The position numbers and the translations under genes are program-made. 60,695 bases of DNA, taken from Candidatus Gallimonas sp. (GTDB lineage Bacteria; Bacillota; Clostridia; Christensenellales; Borkfalkiaceae). Shown one piece after another: positions 52,095 to 60,695 of the stretch (position 1 is the first letter of the stretch; each line of letters starts with the position of its first letter). Below the pieces are notes generated by a model, which did not search any database, had not been told where the DNA came from, and worked only from the letters and a program-made list of their open reading frames with translations. The stretch is taken from assembly GCA_048370055.1 (NCBI GenBank), contig DBGBVX010000005.1:1-60695 (forward strand), in the 5' to 3' direction.

Positions 52095-52790
52095 TCAGAG
52101 TTTCCCGTAGCGGCGTTCCCGCCTGCCGAAGGCGTCGATCGCCTTATCAAGTTCCTTATCCGAGAAATCGGGGAACAATACGTCGGTAAAATACAATTCG
52201 CTGTACGCCGCCTGCCACAGAAGGAAGTTGGAGATGCGCAGCTCCTTGCCCGTGCGGATGAGAAGATCGGGCTCGGGCATATCCTTTGTGGAGAGCATGG
52301 AGGAGAACTCCTCCATCGTCACTTCCCTGCCGCGGCGCACCGCCTCGTTGACGGCGGCAAGGATATCCTGCCGCCCGCCGTAGCCGATGGCGAGCGCGAG
52401 CGTGCCACGCGTGCCGTCCGCCGTGTACGCCTCGCCGTCCTCGATGAGGTTGACGATATCGGGCGGGAGAAGGGAGCGGTCGCCGATGACGCGGAGTCTG
52501 ATCGACTTTTTTTTCAGCCGCTCGGTATTCTCGGGAAAGTACTCGCGGAACAGCGAAAACAGCCCGTCGAGCTCCTCTTGGGGACGGGACAGGTTTTCGG
52601 TGGAGAGCGCAAACAGCGTACAGTAGTTCACTCCGCGGTCGAACACATGCTCCGAAAGCCCGATCATGCGCTTCATGCCGGCGCGGTGCCCCGCGCCCCG
52701 CGGCAGGAGCCTTTTTTTCGCCCAGCGCCCGTTGCCGTCCATGATGATGGCGATATGGCGGGGTATTTTTTCGCCCTTCGTCTCTGCCAT
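52095..52790 (-). CDS. uppS: Isoprenyl transferase (undecaprenyl diphosphate synthase)
   Basis: 231 aa with HIAIIMDGNGRWA and FLLWQAAYSELYF. Confidence 0.95.
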   Translation of the reverse strand: MAETKGEKIPRHIAIIMDGNGRWAKKRLLPRGAGHRAGMKRMIGLSEHVFDRGVNYCTLFALSTENLSRPQEELDGLFSLFREYFPENTERLKKKSIRLRVIGDRSLLPPDIVNLIEDGEAYTADGTRGTLALAIGYGGRQDILAAVNEAVRRGREVTMEEFSSMLSTKDMPEPDLLIRTGKELRISNFLLWQAAYSELYFTDVLFPDFSDKELDKAIDAFGRRERRYGKL

Positions 52791-53362
52791 CAGACGGTCA
52801 TCAGCTCCTTTTCCTTTACGGAGACCGCCTTATCGATCTCCTCGATGCAGGCGGCGATCTTCTTTTCGACGTCCTGCTCGCACGCCTTGACTTCGTCCTC
52901 GGAGAGCGTCTTGGCGTTCTTCATCTTTTTGATGGCGTCCATCGCCTCGCGGCGCACGTTGCGCGCGGCGACCTTGGACTCCTCGCCCATGCGCTTGATC
53001 TGCTTGACGAGATCCTTTCTGCGCTCCTCGGTGAGTTCGGGGAACACGAGGCGGATGACGTTGCCGTCGTTGGTGGGCGTGATGCCGATGTTGGAGGCGA
53101 GGATCGCCTTTTCGATCGCCTTCAAGAGCGACTTATCCCACGGGCTGACCACAAGGCAGCGCGCGTCGAGCGCGGAGATGTTGCCGAGCGTGTTGAGCGC
53201 GCTCATGCCGCCGTACGCCTCCACCTGAATCTTATCCAGAACGTGCGGATTGGCGCGCCCCGCGCGGATGGTGGAGAACTCCTCCTGCATGACGGAGACC
53301 GTCTTTTCCAACTTGTCTTCAAGAATGAGGAAGATCTCCTCTACTTCTTCGTTTTCGATCAT
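52790..53362 (-). CDS. frr: Ribosome recycling factor
   Basis: 190 aa with FSTIRAGRANP and NIRREANDxxKK-like NVRREAMDAIKK. The stop overlaps the uppS ATG by 1 nt. Confidence 0.96.
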   Translation of the reverse strand: MIENEEVEEIFLILEDKLEKTVSVMQEEFSTIRAGRANPHVLDKIQVEAYGGMSALNTLGNISALDARCLVVSPWDKSLLKAIEKAILASNIGITPTNDGNVIRLVFPELTEERRKDLVKQIKRMGEESKVAARNVRREAMDAIKKMKNAKTLSEDEVKACEQDVEKKIAACIEEIDKAVSVKEKELMTV

Positions 53363-53389
53363 ACTTTTTATGCTCCTTGCATGATTTTT

Positions 53390-54100
53390 TTATTCCTTGG
53401 AGATGAGCGTTCCGATCTTCTCGCCGCACACGGCGCGGATGATGGAATCCTTCTCTCCCAACCCGAACGCGAGCACGGGCACGTCGTTTTCCATGCACAT
53501 CGTCGCCGCGGTCGTATCCATGGCTTTGAGCCCCTTGTTGATGATGTCGCCGAAGGTGAGATGATCGTACTTCTTCGCATCCGGATTGGTGGCGGGGTCG
53601 CTGTCGTAAATGCCGTCCACGTTCTTCGCCATCAGGAGCACGTCGGCGTCGATCTCGCAGGCGCGCTGCGCCGCCGCCGTATCCGTGGAGCAGTACGGGT
53701 TGCCCGTGCCGCACGCCATGATGACGATGCGCCCCTTTTCAAAGTGATGCAGCGTCTTTCTCAGGATATAGGGCTCCGCGACGGACGTCATGATGAGCGC
53801 AGTCTGCACGCGGGTGGGAATGCCCTTCTTTTCGATGGCGTCCATCATGGCGAGAGAATTCATGACGGTGGCGAGCATGCCCATGTGGTCGGCGGTGGTG
53901 CGGTCCATATTGGTGCCCTGCCTGCCCCGCCAGAAGTTCCCGCCGCCGATGACGAGCCCGATCTGCACGCCCATTTTGTGCACTTCGACGAGCTGATCGA
54001 CGACCTGAGAAACAACGCCTTCATTGAGCCCGAACCGTTGGTCTCCGGCGAGCGCCTCGCCCGAGAGTTTGAGAAGAATACGTTTGTACTTTGGCGTCAT
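53390..54100 (-). CDS. pyrH: UMP kinase
   Basis: 236 aa with [21 protein letters not shown] and [13 protein letters not shown]. Confidence 0.96.
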   Translation of the reverse strand: MTPKYKRILLKLSGEALAGDQRFGLNEGVVSQVVDQLVEVHKMGVQIGLVIGGGNFWRGRQGTNMDRTTADHMGMLATVMNSLAMMDAIEKKGIPTRVQTALIMTSVAEPYILRKTLHHFEKGRIVIMACGTGNPYCSTDTAAAQRACEIDADVLLMAKNVDGIYDSDPATNPDAKKYDHLTFGDIINKGLKAMDTTAATMCMENDVPVLAFGLGEKDSIIRAVCGEKIGTLISKE

Positions 54101-54169
54101 ACCTGCGCCACCCTCCCTATCTCACTGATTGGGCATGGCGCAAGACCGTGCGCAATGCCTTTTTCAGAT

Positions 54170-54198
54170 AGTATACCATACCCCGACGAAAAAATCAA
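54170..54198 (-). promoter_or_regulatory. Promoter TTGATT-17-TATACT (extended TG) for pyrH-frr-uppS-cdsA-dxr-rseP
   Basis: -10 is at 54170-54175 (rc) and -35 at 54193-54198 (rc). Confidence 0.55.
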
Positions 54199-54248
54199 GA
54201 CGAAATGGAAAAGTTTGGGCGCATATCTTGTCGCGCTGCGAAGATCAC

Positions 54249-54278
54249 AAAAAAAGACGGGCGCGCGGCGCCCGTCCC
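54249..54278 (-). terminator. Rho-independent terminator after the MATE gene
   Basis: On the - strand, GGGACGGGCGC-c-GCGCGCCCGTC is followed by TTTTTTT. Confidence 0.85.
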
Positions 54279-54285
54279 GACATCG

Positions 54286-55680
54286 TTATGCGCCCGCCGC
54301 ACCCTGCGCGCCGCGGTCCTGCGCGCTCTCTTCGAGGGAGTGCTTCCACTGCGCCGTCTGACGGAAGTAGAGAACGACCCCCACCGCGCCCGTGATGATC
54401 TCCGCCGCGGGAAAGGCGATCCACGCATAGTCAAGCCCGATGAGCGAGAATCCCCAAAAGAGCGGGATGAGGCAGAAGAGCTGCCGCGTGAGCGAGAGCA
54501 TGACGCTTGGCAGCGCCTTGCCGATCGCCTGAAAAAAGACGGGCAGCATGAGCGAGAGCACGGCGGGAAAGAAACTTGCCCCGATGATGCGGAACGCCGT
54601 TCCGCCGATGGCGAACACCGCCTCGTCCTGCGAGAATATCGAGAGCAGCCCGCGCGGGATGAGCTCGAAACAGAGCACGCCCACGAGCATGAACGCGGCG
54701 GAAACGATGAGCGAATCGCGCATCACGCACCGCACGCGCGCGTAGTTGGCGCGCGCATAGTTGTAACTGAGCACGGGCACGATGCACGTCTGCAACCCGA
54801 AGAGCGGGATAAAGAAGAACGATTGTATCTTATAATAAAGCCCCAATACCGTGACGGCGGCGTCCGAAAAGCCCGCAAGGATAAAGTTGAGCGCGACGAT
54901 ATACACCGTATACATCGCCTGCATGAGGATGGAGGGATACCCCAAAAGCAGGATGCGCTTTACATAGTGCCACATCTTTCTGAGCTTGGGCGGCTTGCGG
55001 AAGCCCGTAACGCCCGTGATGACCGCCGCAGTGACCTGTCCGAGGACGGTCGCCCACGCCGCGCCCGCAACGCCCATTTCGGGGAGGGCGCCCCACCCGA
55101 AGATAAACACGGGATCGAGCACGATGTTGACGAGCGCGCCCACGATCTGCGCGACCATCGGGAGCACCATGTTGCCGCGCGCCTGATGGATCTTGGAAAA
55201 GATCCCCTCCAAAAAGACGCCTATGCTCCCCGCGCAGCAGATGGTGCCGTACACGACCGCGTCCTCCACCGCCGCGGCGGACTCCGCCGAAGCCGCGGAA
55301 AACGGGCGCAGAACGGGAAGGATGACCGCGGTAAAGAGCGCCCACATGACGAGCGCGAGCAGGATGCCCGCGCCGCCCGTCTTGTTCGCAGCCTCCTCCC
55401 TTCCCTTCGCGTACAGGCGGGACATCTGCGTATTCACGCCCACGCCCGTACCCACCGCAAGCGCCGTAATGACGAGCTGAATCGGATAGATGACGGAGAG
55501 CGCCGTGAGCCCGTCGCCCGAATATCTGCCCACGAAAAAGCTGTCTACCACGTTATAGAGCGCCTGAATGAGCTGAGCGAGCATGACGGGCGGCGCCACG
55601 CGCAAAAGGATCTTCCATACGGGGAGCGTGCCGAAGAGCGACGCGTCCATTCTTCTGACTGTGCGATGATGATGCAGCAT
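54286..55680 (-). CDS. MATE family efflux transporter
   Basis: 464 aa with 12 predicted TM helices and an N-terminal motif PVMLAQLIQALYNVVDSFFVG. An alternative start is ATG 55650. Confidence 0.85.
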   Translation of the reverse strand: MLHHHRTVRRMDASLFGTLPVWKILLRVAPPVMLAQLIQALYNVVDSFFVGRYSGDGLTALSVIYPIQLVITALAVGTGVGVNTQMSRLYAKGREEAANKTGGAGILLALVMWALFTAVILPVLRPFSAASAESAAAVEDAVVYGTICCAGSIGVFLEGIFSKIHQARGNMVLPMVAQIVGALVNIVLDPVFIFGWGALPEMGVAGAAWATVLGQVTAAVITGVTGFRKPPKLRKMWHYVKRILLLGYPSILMQAMYTVYIVALNFILAGFSDAAVTVLGLYYKIQSFFFIPLFGLQTCIVPVLSYNYARANYARVRCVMRDSLIVSAAFMLVGVLCFELIPRGLLSIFSQDEAVFAIGGTAFRIIGASFFPAVLSLMLPVFFQAIGKALPSVMLSLTRQLFCLIPLFWGFSLIGLDYAWIAFPAAEIITGAVGVVLYFRQTAQWKHSLEESAQDRGAQGAAGA

Positions 55681-55709
55681 AACGATAAGTCCCTGTAAAA
55701 ACCTGCAAC

Positions 55710-55738
55710 AGTATAGTATCCCGCCTGCGGAAAGTCAA
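55710..55738 (-). promoter_or_regulatory. Promoter TTGACT-17-TATACT for the MATE gene
   Basis: -10 is at 55710-55715 (rc) and -35 at 55733-55738 (rc). Confidence 0.6.
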
Positions 55739-55797
55739 GCGATTGCGCCATGCAAACGCCCGCAAAACACCCCCTTGTATAAAATTTCCGTCACGGT

Positions 55798-55833
55798 AAA
55801 AAAGCCCGCGGAAAACGGATGTTTTCCGCAGGC
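55798..55833 (-). terminator. Second rho-independent terminator downstream of tsf
   Basis: GCCTGCGGAAAAC-atcc-GTTTTCCGCGGGC followed by TTTTTT. Confidence 0.8.
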
Positions 55834-55844
55834 TCGCCTTTGAT

Positions 55845-55873
55845 AAAAGATCCGCTGCTCACGCAGCGGATCT
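55845..55873 (-). terminator. First hairpin terminator after tsf
   Basis: AGATCCGCTGC-gtga-GCAGCGGATCT followed by TTTTAT. Confidence 0.7.
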
Positions 55874-55887
55874 CTGTTGACGAATGC

Positions 55888-56787
55888 TTATTTCTTCATT
55901 GCCTCGACCTGCTTGGCAACTTCTTCCTGAAGGTCCTCGCTCTTCTTTTCGAGACCCTCGCCGCGGACGAAGAAGCAGAACTGCTTCAGGCTGACGCCCG
56001 CGCCCGCCTTGGAGAGCACCTGCGCGACGGTGACCTTGTCGTCCTTGACGAACTTCTGATCCATGAGGCAGTTTTCCTCATAGAACTTCTTGATCTTGCC
56101 GAGCACGATCTTTTCGGCGATGTTCTGAGGCTTGCCCTCGTTGATGACTTCCTGCAGAAGGATCGCCTTCTCCTTCTCGAGCGTCTCGGCGGAGACCTCC
56201 GCCTCCGTCATGTAGCGGGGCTTTGCGAACGCGACGTGCAGCGCAACGTCGTGCGCGACGGCTTTTGCCGCCTCGGTGGGCTCGCCGTCAAACGCGAGCA
56301 TAACGCCCATCGTGCCGCCCATGTGGATATACGTCTCGACGAAGCCGTTTGCCTCGTACACCGTGAAACGGCGCACGGAGATCTTCTCGCCGATGACCGC
56401 GACCTGCTCTTGGATATAGGTCTCGACCGTCTTGCCGCCCATATCGGAAGCGAGGAGCGCCTCGACGTCTGCGGGCTTGACCGCCGCGATCTGCTTTGCG
56501 ACCGCCTCTACGAGTTCGTGGAACTTTTCGCCCTTTGCAACGAAGTCGGACTCGCAGTTGACCTCGACGAGAACGCCCGTCTTGCCCTCGACGAGCGCAT
56601 AGACGATGCCCTCCGCCGCGATCTTGGAGGCGCGCTTTGCCGCCTTTGCGATGCCGCGCTCGCGGAGAAGATCCGCCGCACGGTCCATATCGCCGTCTGC
56701 GTCCACAAGCGCACGCTTGCAGTCCATCATGCCCGCGCCCGTCTGTTCGCGGAGCTTCATAACGTCTTTTGCGGTAAACTCTGCCAT
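55888..56787 (-). CDS. tsf: Translation elongation factor Ts
   Basis: 299 aa. The N-terminal UBA-like domain reads LREQTGAGMMDCKRAL. Confidence 0.96.
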   Translation of the reverse strand: MAEFTAKDVMKLREQTGAGMMDCKRALVDADGDMDRAADLLRERGIAKAAKRASKIAAEGIVYALVEGKTGVLVEVNCESDFVAKGEKFHELVEAVAKQIAAVKPADVEALLASDMGGKTVETYIQEQVAVIGEKISVRRFTVYEANGFVETYIHMGGTMGVMLAFDGEPTEAAKAVAHDVALHVAFAKPRYMTEAEVSAETLEKEKAILLQEVINEGKPQNIAEKIVLGKIKKFYEENCLMDQKFVKDDKVTVAQVLSKAGAGVSLKQFCFFVRGEGLEKKSEDLQEEVAKQVEAMKK

Positions 56788-56807
56788 ACTATTTTTCTCC
56801 TTGCAGC

Positions 56808-57578
56808 TTATTCTGCGGCGCCTTCAGCGGCGACGACTTCCTCGATGTCCTTGGGCTCTTCCGCGGACGCGACAGCCTGCTCCATCACGGGCGTTTCGCC
56901 CTGATTCGCCTCGATGACCGCGTTGGCGATGACGGACGAGATGAGCTTGATGGCGCGGATCGCGTCGTCGTTGCCGGGGATAACGTAGTCGATGAGGTCG
57001 GGATCGCAGTTGGTATCGGTGATCGCGACGATCGGGATGTGGAGCTTGCGCGCTTCGGCGACGGCGATATCCTCGTTATGAGGGTCGACGACGAACATCA
57101 CGCCGGGCATGCCGCGCATCGTCTTGATGCCGCCGAGATTTGCCTGAAGCTTTTCCATCTCCTTTTTGAGGCCGAGAACTTCCTTCTTGGGAAGGAGATC
57201 GAACTCGCCGGAAGCTTCCATTCTCTCGAGCTTTTCCAAGTAGTCGATGCGGGAGCGGATGGTCTTGAAGTTAGTGAGCGTGCCGCCCAGCCAACGGGAG
57301 TTGACGTAGTACTGCCCGCAGCGCTCCGCCTCTTCCTTGATCGCGTCCTGCGCCTGACGCTTGGTGCCGACGAAGAGGACGGACTTGCCCGCCTTGACCT
57401 GATCGACGACGAACGCATACGCTTCCTCGATGAGCTTCGCCGTCATTTCAAGGTCGATGATGTGGATATCGTGACGTGCGGCGAAGATGTACTTCTTCAT
57501 CTTGGGGTTCCACTTTCTCGTCTGATGTCCGAAATGGACGCCCGCTTCGAGAAGCTGCTTCATGGTGATAACTGCCAT
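56808..57578 (-). CDS. rpsB: 30S ribosomal protein S2 with an acidic C-terminal tail
   Basis: 256 aa from ATG 57578 (GGAGGAATT RBS), with [19 protein letters not shown]. Confidence 0.96.
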   Translation of the reverse strand: MAVITMKQLLEAGVHFGHQTRKWNPKMKKYIFAARHDIHIIDLEMTAKLIEEAYAFVVDQVKAGKSVLFVGTKRQAQDAIKEEAERCGQYYVNSRWLGGTLTNFKTIRSRIDYLEKLERMEASGEFDLLPKKEVLGLKKEMEKLQANLGGIKTMRGMPGVMFVVDPHNEDIAVAEARKLHIPIVAITDTNCDPDLIDYVIPGNDDAIRAIKLISSVIANAVIEANQGETPVMEQAVASAEEPKDIEEVVAAEGAAE

Positions 57579-57699
57579 AATTCCTCCGTTTACCTCCCCG
57601 CAGTTGCGTTTTTTCCGCCCGTTATCCGCATGAAAAAAATTTACGGACACGGAGGGCGGCGATCCTGCGGGTGCGGATTGCGCTTTTCGCGCATTGGTC

Positions 57700-57728
57700 A
57701 TTATACCATATCCCGCCCCCTTTGGCAA
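57700..57728 (-). promoter_or_regulatory. Promoter TTGCCA-17-TATAAT (extended TG) for rpsB-tsf
   Basis: -10 is at 57700-57705 (rc) and -35 at 57723-57728 (rc). The ~120-nt structured leader has TGCGC/GCGCA, ATCCGCA/TGCGGAT and CCGCCC/GGGCGG pairings. Confidence 0.6.
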
Positions 57729-57781
57729 CTTATTTTACACACGATTTTTTTGATATTTGCGCGCAAAAAGCAGTTTCCCGT

Positions 57782-57813
57782 AAAAACAAAAGGCAGGTTT
57801 TTCACCTGCCTTT
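57782..57813 (-). terminator. Rho-independent terminator after the MBG lipoprotein gene
   Basis: AAAGGCAGGTG-aaaa-ACCTGCCTTT followed by TGTTTTT. Confidence 0.85.
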
Positions 57814-57821
57814 CAAGTAAA

Positions 57822-59699
57822 TCACGCTTCGTCCGTTCCGCCAAAATACGCGTTTTTTTCGCCGATAAAGATGATGATTTCCTCCGGTGTGACGAGAGAA
57901 GCTATCTCGTTATACGCGGGAAGCAAAATTTCGTAATAATCGTCCAACGCGCCGATATCCGTACTTGAAACGATGATCGCCAACGAAAGAGCCTTGTTCG
58001 CGTCCGCGACATCTTCGGAGAAACTTTCAAGATATGCTTCCTGTACGAACATCATGGGAATTTCACATTTGATTTTCTCAAATTCTTCCTGCTCCGCGTC
58101 GTAAACGTAGTAGTATACTGCCTTCATTTCAATATCGTAGCGGCGGGAACCAACCACCGGAATCGTCCGTGTCACCGCAAATATGTCTGCGCTGCCATTG
58201 ATATAAATATTATCCGGATTCTGACCGGGGAGCACCCCTTCCAATCCTTTCGATTCCGCCTTTACAGACGCGATGCCGCTCACGCTTTCGATCGGGAACC
58301 AATAGGTGTTATAGTCGCCGATACTTTCTTCAAAGACCTTTCCCGCAATGTACTTCCCCGTTTCCGCGGAATACATTTCGACGACGCGTCCCTCTGCGCC
58401 GAGCATAAAGTCTCCGTTTTCACCCGCGACCGCAACGGTTCCGTTTTGCGAGCCGTCCCATTGCAGCAGCGCAGTCGTGCCGAACTGTGTAACCTCTGCG
58501 TCGAGAGACTCATAGAGATACCCCGCTACCGCACCCGCCTGATTGCGTACAAATTCGAGCATAGTGCGCGCCCTGCCGGCAATATTCAGACCGATTTTCA
58601 GAGAACCCGCTCCGACCTCAAATCTGAGCGCATTATTTTCGGTGATCTCCACCCGTCCCGTATAACACACCTCTTCGGGATAGGCGTTCAGTTCGAGCAC
58701 GACCGTTCCGACGTTCGCAAGCAATTCGTACTCGGCATCGGAGAGCGAAATGCGGAAGGAGATCGTTACCCCGCCGACCGAAGTACTGCCGCTGAATACG
58801 TCATAATCATCCGTATGGCTGTTGATATACGCCTGATACAATCCCGCAATCGTTTCTGCGGCACCGTAAAAGGTATTGACGTATCCCATCAGCTCCTGCA
58901 TCTGAATGACCGTACCGTACACAACATCAAGCTGTTTTCCGATCGTGCGTTCGGGAAGTTGAGCAACGCCGACGAAATCAGAGAAATCGAGTGATTTCTC
59001 CGCCGTTTCCGCATAATCCGCGTCGAGGCGGAAACTCTCAGGCAGGAACTCCCATACGTCGGGCGCAGAACCAAAACTCTCCATAACCGTTTTGGCGAGA
59101 TCGGAAAGGTCGGGCAAAATGCGAAGCGTCGCCGTGAGCGTAAGAGGATGATAATTCTTGCCCGAAATCGTTGCCTTCACCTCGTATGTACCCGCCTCCG
59201 TTTTGCCATTGTTGGAATAGGTGACCGACACCCCCACAGGAAGTTCCCCTGAAATTTTGAGCGAGTGCGCTTCTCCGTCGTAGGTAACGGTATCACCTTC
59301 AAACGTAAAATCGGATGCGTCGAGCGTCGCTTTTTCTATGGTGAGAGTCGCATCAAGCGTTAGGGTGGCGTACCCCTCGCCTGAGAGGATCGCTTTCGCT
59401 TCATACGTACCCGCGTCGACTGCACTGTTCTTTTCGTAAACGACGGTCACGCCGTTCGGCACGTCGCCCGTGACGAAAATACTATGTTCTTTGCCGTCAT
59501 AAGTGACCGTCAGATCCTCAAACGTAACACCCGTGATCGTTTCAGCATTATCTTCATCCTGATTGGAGCCGCCTTGTTCCGTTCCGTCCTGATCTGTACC
59601 CGAACCGGGCGTCTCGGACTGTGATTGATCGCACGCCGCAAAAATACCGACGGACAGCGCACCGCACAGCGCAAGTAACAAAAGCCATTTTTTGCTCAT
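57822..59699 (-). CDS. Lipoprotein with two MBG-type repeats and a ~400-aa uncharacterised C-terminal domain
   Basis: 625 aa with a signal peptide and lipobox IFAAC. Two ~70-aa repeats are present (TVTYDGKEHSI...AGTYEAKAILSGEGY and TVTYDGEAHSL...AGTYEVKATISGKNY). GC is lower than in the neighbouring genes. Confidence 0.7.
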   Translation of the reverse strand: MSKKWLLLLALCGALSVGIFAACDQSQSETPGSGTDQDGTEQGGSNQDEDNAETITGVTFEDLTVTYDGKEHSIFVTGDVPNGVTVVYEKNSAVDAGTYEAKAILSGEGYATLTLDATLTIEKATLDASDFTFEGDTVTYDGEAHSLKISGELPVGVSVTYSNNGKTEAGTYEVKATISGKNYHPLTLTATLRILPDLSDLAKTVMESFGSAPDVWEFLPESFRLDADYAETAEKSLDFSDFVGVAQLPERTIGKQLDVVYGTVIQMQELMGYVNTFYGAAETIAGLYQAYINSHTDDYDVFSGSTSVGGVTISFRISLSDAEYELLANVGTVVLELNAYPEEVCYTGRVEITENNALRFEVGAGSLKIGLNIAGRARTMLEFVRNQAGAVAGYLYESLDAEVTQFGTTALLQWDGSQNGTVAVAGENGDFMLGAEGRVVEMYSAETGKYIAGKVFEESIGDYNTYWFPIESVSGIASVKAESKGLEGVLPGQNPDNIYINGSADIFAVTRTIPVVGSRRYDIEMKAVYYYVYDAEQEEFEKIKCEIPMMFVQEAYLESFSEDVADANKALSLAIIVSSTDIGALDDYYEILLPAYNEIASLVTPEEIIIFIGEKNAYFGGTDEA

Positions 59700-59712
59700 T
59701 ATAATACCCTTC

Positions 59713-60585
59713 TTATTTTACAGATTTTTCGGATTTTTTGAGTTTCTGCTCCCTGCGCCACTGCTTGGCTACTTCTTCATACATATCGTCCGGACCTTTG
59801 CGAAAGAGCATGAATAAACTCGGAGCAAATGTAAAGGGACTGATAATAATCGCAAAAAGCGCAAGGAACGGTACCGTGATAAGAAATAACAGCCACTCAA
59901 AAACGACAAACAAGCCACTCCCATTCCCGATCATATCGAATGTGAGCAGCGTGATATCATGCACGATGCGCTGCCACGGAAGTTGCGTCACATATGTAAA
60001 GATAAACAGCGGCATTATAACGATCGGCAAGACTTTCTCACCCACGGTGAGGGTCTCATCGAAAGCGAACGTCCCGATGCAGAGCGCCAACAGAATTACC
60101 GCCGCAATGCCACCCGCGATCAACCCCCTGCGCAGCGCGCGTTTACACCCAAGGCGATACTGTGCGAAAGCTGCTTGCTTTTTTTGTTCCTTTTCTTCCG
60201 CGCTACGGATGATTTCCTGCGCCCGCTGTTTGCGTTCCTCCTCAACACAGTCTTTACAAATAAGTACGGGACGCTGCTGTGCGACGTTTTCCTGCCGTAC
60301 CGCGTTACCGCACACCGTACAGTAGCCGAGCACAGGTTCTGAGCTCTCCGTTGTGGCAGAGGCAACTGCTGCCTCCTTCTCTTCTCCTCTTAAAAATATT
60401 GTAAGCGGAACGTGAAACAACTCCGCGATCTGCGCCATCGTTGCAAAATCGGGTTGCGACTGATCATTCTCCCACTTACTGACCGCCTGATAGGTCACGT
60501 TGAGCTTCGCCCCGAGTTCCGCCTGCGTCATATTATGTTCCCTCCGCAGCTGCGCAATAATCTTACCATACTGTTTCATACCCAC
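59713..60585 (-). CDS. Membrane-tethered XRE-family HTH regulator with a zinc ribbon
   Basis: 290 aa. It has an N-terminal HTH (MTQAELGAKLNVTYQAVSKWENDQSQP), a CTVCG...CKDC ribbon, a coiled linker and about 4 C-terminal TM helices. The RBS is AAGGAG. A 13-nt gap separates it from the downstream lipoprotein gene. Confidence 0.8.
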   Translation of the reverse strand: MGMKQYGKIIAQLRREHNMTQAELGAKLNVTYQAVSKWENDQSQPDFATMAQIAELFHVPLTIFLRGEEKEAAVASATTESSEPVLGYCTVCGNAVRQENVAQQRPVLICKDCVEEERKQRAQEIIRSAEEKEQKKQAAFAQYRLGCKRALRRGLIAGGIAAVILLALCIGTFAFDETLTVGEKVLPIVIMPLFIFTYVTQLPWQRIVHDITLLTFDMIGNGSGLFVVFEWLLFLITVPFLALFAIIISPFTFAPSLFMLFRKGPDDMYEEVAKQWRREQKLKKSEKSVK

Positions 60586-60695
60586 ACTCCTTAAAAAATG
60601 TCAAGATTTTGTTCGCAAAAATATTATATCACTTTTTTTTGCCCTGTCCGCCTTTCTCTCTCAACAGTCAGTTGAATTATTCGATATTTAGTTGA

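Overview
This is a high-GC (about 55-70% in hand-counted 60-nt samples) chromosomal segment that looks like a Clostridia-type Firmicute and is dominated by housekeeping genes. I support 53 CDS. They include a 5'-truncated [FeFe]-hydrogenase, a radC / LuxR-type two-component block, and ileS behind a T-box leader. Further along are a glnA(type III)-amt::PII nitrogen block, aspS, asnA, a marR-maa-radical SAM-mutM string, mtnN-luxS-ung and apgM. The right half holds rplS, divergent recF and dnaA followed by mnmG, a TPP-riboswitch-controlled extended ThiT, the rseP-dxr-cdsA-uppS-frr-pyrH and tsf-rpsB clusters, and two large lipoproteins. I saw no rRNA, tRNA, CRISPR array, transposase or prophage genes. 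Many genes carry near-consensus TTGACA-17-TATAAT promoters and clear hairpin/T-tract terminators. The main signal that the gene list does not explain is a ~200-nt intergenic element. It occurs in four full copies (2394-2590, 17228-17431, 26962-27281 and 42166-42363), plus a decayed relic and partial duplications. It folds into five hairpins, and the stems differ between copies by compensatory changes. Each full copy starts 4-9 nt after the stop codon of a gene that reads into it, and its orientation flips across dnaA. It could be an undescribed structured 3'-UTR RNA or a BOX/REP/PATE-like mobile element. Secondary observations are three hairpins with an identical GUGUGAG loop between glnA and amt::PII, three apparently leaderless genes, and an atypical dnaA neighbourhood with no dnaN and no obvious DnaA-box cluster. 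There is also a lower-GC two-gene module (membrane-tethered XRE regulator plus MBG lipoprotein) at the right edge. All calls come from reading the sequence and ORF translations; no database search was run.
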